Of a stretch of DNA of 64,000 nucleotides, positions 53,690 through 64,000 are shown in pieces. Position numbers and translations under genes: made by a program. This DNA comes from the human T2T-CHM13v2.0 reference genome, Homo sapiens. The notes below the pieces were generated by a model. It saw nothing but the letters and a program-made list of their open reading frames with translations. It was not told the origin of the DNA and ran no database searches. The stretch lies in assembly GCF_009914755.1 (NCBI RefSeq), contig NC_060932.1; one strand, given 5' to 3'. The first letter of the stretch is position 1, and each line of letters begins with the position of its first letter.

Positions 53690-54165
53690 TTTTTTATGGT
53701 ACCCATGAATAGGAGTCTATGTCCTTTTGGCCCAGCAATTTCACTTTTAGAAATCTGTCTTACAGGCATATTCACATAAGTGGACATAAATAATATGTTA
53801 AAAAATTCTCATTGCGATATCGTATGCATAAAAATGAAATATGCAGCCTAATGGATAATACAGGGTAGCTCTATAGATGTATAGGTGCTTTCATAGAAAG
53901 AAGTTTAAGAAATATTATTTGCAAAAAACAAATTGCAAAACTTTTAGTGTGTCATGATTCCATTTGTGTAAGAAAAGTATGAACACAAATACATTTCGAT
54001 ATATGTAGAATATTTCTAAAACTATATGTATATAAGATGTGTTCTAACATTCTTATGGATGGTACTGGATAAATGGGGAAGACCACATTTACTTTTATTT
54101 CTACACTGCTTAAATACTTTATTATGGGCTTGTACAATTTAATAATAAACATTAATTAAATAAAA
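53690..54165 (+). mobile_element. L1ME-type 3' fragment
   Basis: ccttttggcccagcaatttcacttttagaaatctgtc...catgattccatttgtgta. Confidence 0.7.
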
Positions 54166-54337
54166 AACATAATCTGAATTCAGTAAATGCTGTAGTAAAA
54201 CACTGGGAAATCTCCCTATTTCAAGGCACTCTGGAGAAGAACATTTTGTTTTGTATGATATACCTCTGGTTGAGTAAGTTAATTTATTTCATTCACTTGT
54301 GATAAATGTGAACGTGGAGAGGTTACATAATAGAAGC

Positions 54338-54409
54338 TAGGCTGGTGAAAAAGTAATTGCGGTTTTTGCTATTTTTTTTAATGGCCCACAATTACTTTTG
54401 CATCATCTA
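54338..54409. mobile_element. MADE1 (Hsmar1-derived MITE; source family of miR-548)
   Basis: taggctggtgaaaaagtaattgcggtttttgct...aattacttttgcatcatcta matches the MADE1 palindrome. Confidence 0.9.
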
Positions 54410-55030
54410 TCTGGGATGCCTCTTAGAATTCCCCCAGTCCTTTCTCTTACCTGTAAGTCACCTTCTCCCTTACCCAGATGTGATTTTTCCCTAATCAAAC
54501 CTTTTTAAAGATCAAAGAAATTGCTAAACAAACGGAAAAACCTGCTAACTTGGGGGGAAAGGATTGTGAACACAATCTGGATTTTTGCTTCTGCCCCAAA
54601 TTTGAATCATGTTGCGGTTACTTGCCAGTTGCCCCCAGATCCCAGAACTGACCTTGATCTGAACCAGGAGGAACAGACTTTACTTGAGTCCTCCTTCTGA
54701 AACTGTCCCTAACCCGTTGTTACCTTTGAAAACAACGTTCCCATCTTGCTCCAAAGCCCCAGGCCAGATTTCTGCTTTGGTTGCTGTCATGTAGATTCCT
54801 TTCTAATGCCCACCCAGGTATCCAGGTTTCCTTTAGGACTGAGGTCCTGCCTTCCTCTACCCAATCCCCAGGCACCAGATTTCTAGGCACCAATGACTAG
54901 GGACTTATTTCCCGTCAACAAGTTTCCAGACACTGCATGTCTGCCTCCTGTCTTTTGAGCCATCCATTAATTAACTGTTGTACTCTGCTTATCGATTGAG
55001 ATATTTAATGCATGGTCTTTACCCATCTGC

Positions 55031-55177
55031 TACCAACTGATCTGTGACACTCTTTCATTTATTTATTCATTCATTTATTTGTTTAATAAATATGTATTGA
55101 ATGCTCACCACGTGCCAAGCACTGTGTAACACAGGGGAATGTATTGTGAACCAGACGCTCCTGTTGTCAAGGAAACT
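55031..55177 (-). mobile_element. L2 3' end
   Basis: ttcattcatttatttgtttaataaatatgtattgaatgctcaccacgtgccaagcactgtg. Confidence 0.85.
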
Positions 55178-55215
55178 AATTTTTTGTCATATTGATCATC
55201 AAGAACAATAACTTA

Positions 55216-55299
55216 TTTTCCTTCCCTTTCCCCTTCCCCTTCCCACTTTTCCCTTTCTACCCCCTGTTCCTCTTTCTCCTCCTCCTTCTTCCTCTTTCT
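55216..55299. repeat. Polypyrimidine (CT-rich) low-complexity tract
   Basis: About 84 nt, almost entirely C/T. Confidence 0.9.
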
Positions 55300-56789
55300 G
55301 TTGCAACAGAATTATATTTTTTCATATGCAGTCTAACAGAACTCCAAATAAAAGTAAAGGCTAGAGTCAGATTGTGAGTCTACTCTGTTCCTCCTCAATT
55401 TCAAACCTGTCCTGTAGCACTCTAGGGATCCCTGAGTTAATCTTCCCTGGATCTTACGTGTTTTCTGCCAGACTCAGTTTCCATTCCTGTAGGGCCTCTT
55501 CTGGGTTCCTGGCCCACTGCAATGGTCTTGATTTAACTCTCTGCCTCTATCCACACCAACCTTAAGTTCCTGCTACTCATATCCAGCCATTCCTGGCTGA
55601 ATCTAAACATGTGGCATCCAGGTCAGAAAAGGAAACTAAGAAGAATTTAATATAACATCAAGAAAAAAATGTGCTTAATGTCTCAAATTTAGACAAATTT
55701 TGCAAGTGGACGGCATGTACGAAGCTCACAGTTTTAGAATTGACTCATACTTTCACTCCTGCTATCAAACCTGAGACAAATTTTGGCATATGCTTCCATT
55801 TTTTAAAAATACAAATATAAGAATGTTTTTTCTTCAATCAAGAACGCAGAGGTTAAAGAAATATGTAATCAAATGCAACAATGATCCAAAATTATATTCT
55901 AGGGGAAATTTTTGTGTATTCTCTTCTCTTTTACATTTTTCAAAAACATACTGAAAATATAAAAGATAAAGGAAAATGCTTTTTCTATTATAATGCTTAT
56001 CTCTCAGTCACTACTCTTTTTCTCCCTTGAAACAGCCTTAAGAGATCTCTTAAGAAAAACATAATATCCTCCTCAGGCCCAACAAAAGGGAAATAAAAGC
56101 TGTAGCAATGGCTTGCCACTGGCTGGGGTAAAGAAAAATGAAAGCAAGTGTGCATCTGTCCTTCATAACAGCTAAGCTGTTTTAAACATCACCCTCTTTC
56201 TTATACCTCTATTACATCCTTGGGTTGCCTGAGTCAGGACAAGGTGGTCTCCAGAGAAACTTCAACTTTTGGGGTACCACAATCTGGAATGGTAGCATAT
56301 TTCTCTTTTTTTTTTGGACAAAGCTTTGTCTAACATCTGAGCCTGAGACTAGAAATAAAAACAAATCCGTAAATGTAAAATGAAAGTTCCTTTTGATTAC
56401 TTGAACATTATTTTCTACTATGTTTTAGTCATTTTCTGAGAAGTGGTTGCCACTCTGAAAGTAATTCTGTGTTTAAACTATTAAGGCCTTGCAAATAAAG
56501 GAAGACAAAGTAAAAAATTCAATTTCCAATTAATATTCGTAGTAATTGTGGTTTATAATTTTGGATGCTTCTAGTAAATGAGGAACATAATCACAAAGAT
56601 TAATGAGGGTTAGCAAAGGTGGAAAATCCAGATGCTAGGCAGATTCCCATTGTCTAAGTTATAGTGAGAATAGCAGAGAAATATGAGAGTAAATATGATA
56701 ATTAATAGAAAGGTCATACTCAGTGTCCAAGTTTGAATTTATTTTTTAAAGGTGATAAACTTCTAAATATGTTCTTAGAATTTAGAAGA

Positions 56790-57520
56790 GAATTCAATCA
56801 ATAGACAAGCTTATAGAACATTTGTTTTCTCTACTTGGCAGTGAGGTAGATGCACAGAGATGCTGGGTAAGAAGAGATCCCTGTTCCCTAATCTCAGGTT
56901 GCTTATAATCTATATAGGGGATGAAAACCTATACATATATATTGAATGTTATTGGTCAAGATGATACCATGCAAGTAAAGCCCTAAGTTGGGTGGAATGA
57001 ACATAAATTCCTCAAGTCTTGGGCCCGCAATTCATCTAACAGAACTTGGACTGCCATTGGATAAATGTTTGACAAATATAGGTCTAAAAGAATGAATTAT
57101 GATAGCATGGAAAATAATGAAGATTGGGGAATTAACTGGAAGTGAACTGTTAAAAAAGGAATGAATAAGTAAGCAGGATGAAGAGAGAAACATATTCCTG
57201 GTAAATAATCCAGACAGGGATTCATAGGTAGAGCACAGACCAGCCTGATTCAAATGGAATTGTGCTTATTTTTGTTTCAACAAAATGTAATACTGTGGAT
57301 TATATTTTCTATGTGCTGACAGTATAGAAATAACTGAAGAAAGTTCTGCTCAGGTTAAGATACCCCTGCTACACCCACACCAGTGGATACTTAGAGAGGA
57401 GCTTTGAAAATAAGGTTGAAAAGGCATAGTTAAATGAAAGAATCTTCAAATTCCAGACCAAGAGTTGATGTTCCATTTAATCCGATCTTTTTAACAATGG
57501 AAATATTTTGTCAGCATGAT
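56790..57520 (-). mobile_element. L2 (L2c/d-like), degenerate
   Basis: attcaatcaatagacaagc...ccctgttccctaatctcaggttgcttataatcta...aatcttcaaattccagaccaagag. Confidence 0.6.
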
Positions 57521-59723
57521 AGAAACATAATGAAAGTTTATAAATATAATTTCTAAAATATTAGAGTAAGAAAAATAAGGAGAGAATGATTACTGCCATC
57601 CCTACCTTAGATATACAGTTAATATTCTTACACATTGTGTCTAATTTTGGTTAACATACTTGGGTCATATTACAAACACTGCAACATATATGGCACTCAC
57701 TGTGTCTATTCAGTACATACTTCCTGTGTGAACTGTGTAATCCAGGAAAGCAATGAATATTTCAAACGGGAAATGTAGACTGTCTTCCATTGGCACACTG
57801 CTCCATGTGGATTAATATCTGAGTAGTTTCATACAGCACCTGAACCCATTATGTTGCTACTCAGTCACCTTAATAGGCATTGCAAGAATAAGACAAATGC
57901 TCATTAAAGCACTTTGGATGGATGTTACGTTGGTATTCCATGAATGCAAAGCCTTCTTATTCTGATCAGAAATCATAATTTGAAGCAATCTCTGGTTTTA
58001 CTTTACACTTGCTTGTTAGGCAACAAAGCTCGGTGAAATCACTTGCTGTAATAAGAATGCTTCAGTTTCTTCATCTCTAAATGGCTACATTAAAAGAAAA
58101 GAAGAAAACCTTCCAGGTTCTCAGGGTTATGCATAAAATGGCAAGTTTTATTCTATGAAAATTATTTTGAAAAAATATAGATAGAAGCAATATTCCATGG
58201 AAAGGAATTAACAGATGTAATTAATATAATAGATTATACACACACCATCTAAATTGGTGCCTCTCCTTGATAGTCACATGTAAATCTTGGGATGGCCAAA
58301 GTTAGAATTGGAGCAATGCTATAGTCCACAGACTTATAGGCCTATGTAGCTCATCCTGTCTATTCATGATTGGTAGTCCCTGTGCCTGGCATTAGCAAGT
58401 ACTCAAGAGCAAGTGGCATTATCACAATATTGGTGGTGTTAGGGAAAGAAATAGCAAATTAGGAAAATTTACAGATGGGCCTGATACTCCAGATTATCAG
58501 CACACTTGTGTTGTTGTTAAATAAAATACTCTCCAACTGTTTCCATAGCTCTTTTGCATTACTGTTGAAGAAAAGGGTATTCTATAGGCTCCATTTTAAG
58601 CCCAGCTATTATAATGACAGTGGTTTATTCTATTTTAAAGGCCAGGTAAAAGTGACAGATGACACTATACTGAAAATATTAATTCATAAAACAGAAATTA
58701 TTTAAAATTAAGCAACTTTCTTTACCCATTTCCCAATTTCTAATGAGGTTTACTTGAAATTTGTTAAAATTTTGTTTTTCTTCTTCTTCAAAGAATGCTC
58801 ACAGCCAGGTATGATTTAAAAAAAGATATTAATAACTTCAAAGATGTACTGGGTTTCCCTTCACATCTAGGTAAGCTGAAGACATATTTTCCCAACCGCT
58901 CTCATGTCTCTCTTCAATCTTACTAAGGCTTTAAAAAATACAACAGGAAGAGAAATTGATCTGAATCCTATGAAATCCCCTTTACTTCAAATCTATAAGT
59001 CTTTATGGTAGACCAGTTCAACAACAAGAAAAATTTAGTCTTGCACCTGGAAAAAAAATCAATTTTGTGGTGCACTATTGACTAGAGCTGTGTAACCCAC
59101 GGCAGTGGTAATTTGGATTCCTATATATGTAAATAAATGTGCTGCAAAGATTTAATAGCATAGTTGGGTGTATCCCTTCTTATATCTCTGAAACGTAAAC
59201 ATGGTAGCTCTTCCTGCTGTCCGTTTTGTTTTGCCATCAACCCCGAATAAAAGAATTTCTAAGTTGAATGCTGGTTTCCTTTGGAGTAGTCATGACAGAT
59301 AAATCTTACCCTCAAAACTGATCAGGGCTCTCGTTGGTCATTCAATAGTTATCAAGAGTACAGTCTTTTCTTGGCAAGTGTGGACAGAAGGACATTGATC
59401 TTCAGATGGCAAGGGTTAGGTATTCTCTACAAGCTCCTATTTTTTTCTTATTATTATGACTTTCAAAATTGATGAAAAACTGACATGCAGAATGAAATCT
59501 CTGATGCTAAATCTTTTACTGTGGGCAAAACTATGGAAATGTATATTACTTCTCCTCATGATAAGTAGACAAAGTATACATATATATCATACATACATTT
59601 GATATATATCAAACATATACTTTATCTCTTTATGTCTGATGGGTCTGGCATTTTAAAATGGAGAAATTGTCTTTTAATTCTGTGACTCCTTTCAAAACTG
59701 ATGTTTAAATAAATTAATATGGG

Positions 59724-60019
<296 letters not shown>

Positions 60020-62229
60020 TTAATATGGAGAAAAATACTCCAGTAAATAATCCTGTAGTATCAGGTAGCTATTACTTTTCTTGGGTAAAAATAATTTATG
60101 TTTTTACCTTTGAATCACACATTATTTTAGATTTTAGAGAGTTTTGTTATCAAGTATCCTGCATTTGAAATACTATTTAATTATGATTTGCTTCCTTGGG
60201 GATTATATCATCATGTGATTTAATTTGGTATCTACCCTAAGGGAGAGCATATTTCAATTATAAAATATTTCCTCCAGAAACAATAGTGATTCAATGATTT
60301 ATTTCAGGATATCTGTTATTAAATGGTTTATTCAACTAGAATTTGAATGAAATTGAGTTTTAAAATATAGCATGAGTACCCCCAAACGCATGAGAAATAA
60401 ACACAAGTGCTTTGGGGCTCACACATAAAAATTATATATTTTTCAGTCTTTTTATAATACTTCAATTATTATATCTTGAGAAAAGAACTTGCTGAGAGCT
60501 ATGAAACATTTATATTATTATCTCTTCAAAAAGTTCATTTTTGGACAAGTATCATTTGGATAGGGATTAACTTAATCAGAGATTTTGAATCTTCTCTACT
60601 TTAATTTTAATCTCTTTTTTAAAAATATGTCTGAATCTTTAAAAGACCTAAACCTGTAGTCACAAAGCACTGCTTCAAAAAAGGAAAAAAAAAAAAAAAA
60701 AAAAGAAAGAAAAAGAAGGGAAAGTTTTTAAAGCAGCCACCGGCTGTAAGAGAGATAGTGCAGGCAGCAGATTTGTGACAGAGTGGAGCATGAAACCCAT
60801 CAGCTGATGAGTGAAAATCCCTGGTTTCTAATTAATCGAGGTACACAGGCCAAGGGATGAAGAGGATCAGGGAAATGAAATCAGGAAAAAGATACCATCA
60901 GTCATTTCTGCGGCCCATTGTCATACTTCAGAATCTGCTGTAATGAATCACTCAGGCATTCCACAGATACATTCAAATGGTGAAGAAAATTCATTGTCCG
61001 GTGAAGAGCGTTTGATAAAAATCTTTCTTTTCCCCCCCTCTTTGTCAGAAGCCTATGATCAGAAAAGGAAATCCAGACAGCACAACAGGTGTGCTTTTTG
61101 CAAGCCTGGTGAAATCTGCAAATGAACCAAGTATGGAAGAATTTTTTGTATTAATTTTTTTCTCCAAAATGTGTGTGGGGAGGGTGGTGGGATGGAGCAT
61201 TCAGTAAAGGGGGGTTTTGTCATTAAAAAGGATTGCAAAAAAGCGTAAGATTAAGAGAAGCAGAGGAATCTCTTCCTGCAGTGGAGAAATGAATGTTCCT
61301 GTAACATCTTAACTAGGGAAATAAGGGACAACATTGGGAAATATAGTAATAGTTTATTTAATTGAATGTATGAAGAAAGACATTTCCTTTGAAAGGCAAT
61401 TAGTCCAATCAAAGCATTATGGATTACATCCTGGCTCTGATCAGAAAAGAAAAACCTCATCCACAAAGTCAGACATGCTCTTAGGCCCATGGTTTCTGGG
61501 GTTTCCTAGAGAACGGGCTTGCTTTAAAGTCCGTGAGACTTACCTACGATGAATGCTCATTTCAGCCTGAAGGTTTTGTTCAAAGGTTTCCTAATTCAGG
61601 CCTGCATTCCTTCTGGGTTAGAGCTCACTTTTGTGGTGGTCACGTATTTTAATGGAGAAAATATTCATCGTGGCACATAAGACACAGTATCTGTGTATTT
61701 AGACTAGGCAGCAGCATTGTGACCCAGAACAATCCCTGGGAGCAGCTCCAAGTGCTGTCTGGCATTAGGTGACATGCAAAGATAATTGTTTTCAAATAAT
61801 CAGGTACTATACTGAGACATATAAGGATGGCTGATTCATTTTAAATTTAATTACTATAATATAGGGTTTCGCTGTCTATATTATCAATCACCAAGACACT
61901 TTGGAGTTGATAATATTAAAATTGCAACAATAATGAGAATTCTACTTCATGATGAAAATAATTTTAATCATGGGTAGATTACAAATCCATTTACAGTTAT
62001 GGTTACTGAGAATTCTATTATCTACCTTCTCTTGTAAAAGATGTTAAGACATGTTTTCAGGAAAGTATAAAAGATGACAGAAGTATGCTGCATCTATAAA
62101 GTTTCAGCACAGGCTTTCAGAAAACCTTGAGAGAGCTCCCAAATTATCAAGACTTATGGGGCATGATATAGGGCAGAGAAGACAGCTGTGATGACAGGTG
62201 GATGTAAAGCTTTCTGTCTTTCTGGCTCC

Positions 62230-62360
62230 TGTTTGCTTTATTCTTTCAATGAAAAATTATTTTTGAGAACCCTCTACGTAACAGGCACTGGGCTAGGTGC
62301 TGGGGAGGCAGGAGACCAAAAGCAGCATGGTTCCTGCCCCACGTTGCTCATAGCCTAGTT
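62230..62360 (-). mobile_element. L2 3' end
   Basis: ctctacgtaacaggcactgggctaggtgctgggga...catggttcctgccc. Confidence 0.8.
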
Positions 62361-62439
62361 TGCTTTGATGACTGCCCTAGTCTTGAAGATATTTGGGGCT
62401 TTCAATGGACTTCGATGGAGGGCAATGAATGAACCTAGC

Positions 62440-62582
62440 CAGACTGTTCATCAACTCTGGCTGAACATTAGAATTTCCTGGGAAGTTAAAAAAATTATAT
62501 ATCTGGGGTGTGGCTCAGGCATAAGTATTTTTAAAAAGCTTCCCAGAGGATTCTATTGTGCAGCCAGGGTTAAAAAACACTG
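62440..62582. mobile_element. MER5A1-like MITE
   Basis: ctggctgaacattagaatttcctgggaag...aaaaagcttcccagaggattctattgtgcagccagggttaaaaaacactg. Confidence 0.8.
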
Positions 62583-62940
62583 GACCACCCAGCGAGAACC
62601 ACATCTAAAGAACCACCTGTCGCTCTGGATATTAACTGAGATGACCCTCTGCTCATCTTGTAAGCCTGGAATAAATTGTTTTCTAGTGTCTAACTGAATT
62701 GAACTAGCTCTTAATATTTTGATCCTAGAAGAATATCAGTTTCTCAGGAATCCAAGAGTTCTCAGTAATTTATTTTGCTAAGAAAATGAAACTTTATATA
62801 ATAGTTTAGGGTCATCTTGGGAAGCTAGCTCTGATATCTCTCTCCTTCTAATATAAAAAAATCACCAGATTTGGTCTGATAATTTGTCCTAGCAAGAATT
62901 ATTCATCACTGCTCATGGATTATTCAATATCATTTATTCA

Positions 62941-63257
62941 TTTTAATTTAATTTTTATTTTTTTGACACGGGGTCTTGCTCTGTTGCCTAGGCTGGAGTG
63001 CAGTGGTGGAATCATAGCTCACTGTAACCTCGAACTTCTTGGCTTCAAGCAGTCTTCTTGCCTCAGGCTCCCAAGTAGCTCAGACTACAGAGACATGCCA
63101 CCACCCCTGGCTATTTTTTTTTTTTTATTATTCACTTTTTGTGGACATAGGTCTTGTATGTTGCCTAGGCTGGTTTGGAAATTCTGGCTTCAAGTGATTG
63201 TCCTGCCTCAGCCTCCCAAAGTGCTGGCATTATAGGCATAAGCCAGGGCATCCAGCT
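62941..63257 (-). mobile_element. AluJ (Jr/Jo-like)
   Basis: Full dimer with J diagnostic atcatagctcactgtaacctcgaac. Confidence 0.93.
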
Positions 63258-64000
63258 CCTCAGTATCTTTTATCTAGGAACTTCAAAGGGGTAGGTTTTA
63301 TCATAGTAGGAGTGCATTTAAGAAGCTAGGTCAAAGAGAAGCTAAATACGTTTTCTGGGGACTAAATGGTAGGAAGGTGGTAGAAATTAAATAGTATTGG
63401 ATGGCCAAATTATCCCAACTGTATTCCCCTATTTCATGTGGCTGTACTCCAAAATCCCTAGTAAATTATATTCTGCTCTGAGAAATCTGTGGTTTCCTTA
63501 TGCATTTGGAGAACTGTTGGTGTAGGGACATACACTTGAATTATTTTCTGTAGGTTCCTATATATATATATATTTAATATCTTACATGTATACATTTATA
63601 CAATAACAAGACATAATTATAATTTCTACTGTCACAATTACAATTTTCTCTTCCTCATATTTTTATTCTCTTGTTCTCTTTAGTGGGATTTTCTCTCTTT
63701 TCTTTCCCTTTCTTCACCCTTAACCCAGCCCCCATTCGAGTATTTTTTTTTCTGATTTTATTTTTCCTCCACTCTCAGAAACTAACAAAGTCCCTAATCA
63801 CAAATATCTCTAAACATTTGCTCGATCCTTTACTCAGTGTTTGTTTTTGATAATATTCATATATACTAGTGTATGTGCGTCCATATGCATAGACATGGAA
63901 ATAATTAGTTTTAAAAAATCAGTCTATTATAGTCACTGTCACTTAAAACATTCCCACAAGCGTGTAAACTGCGCCCCACACTGGTTCCCTGCTTTGGTGG

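Noticed and set aside
59598-59613. 16-bp palindrome TTTGATATATATCAAA (and an 8-bp inverted repeat at ~13756)
   Set aside because: The first is built on a (TA)n core and the second is short; both are expected in AT-rich DNA.

Overview
AT-rich, CpG-poor primate genomic DNA. AluY/AluS/AluJ, MSTB and an L1PA-type element point to a catarrhine, most likely human; I cannot name the locus. The window looks intronic or intergenic. I recognise no protein-coding exon, intact RNA gene, CpG island or prokaryotic-type system, and the ORF track is explained by repeats, low-complexity DNA or chance. Much of the sequence is interspersed repeat: 9 Alus, a 5'-truncated L1PA/PB, old L1M, L2 and MIR fragments, MaLR and ERVL solo LTRs, and MER44, MER5, MER117 and MADE1 DNA-transposon relics, plus microsatellites. 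The structures most worth checking are: a pair of near-perfect hairpins at 22577-22675 next to an AP-1/ETS motif cluster; a 97-bp tandem duplication that includes the start of an MLT2B LTR; two structurally rearranged Alus; a MADE1/miR-548-like hairpin; and several repeat-free blocks with enhancer-like motifs and orphan splice signals. Repeat subfamily names come from recalled consensus sequences and should be confirmed with RepeatMasker/Dfam. I do not see evidence sufficient to claim a new biological system.
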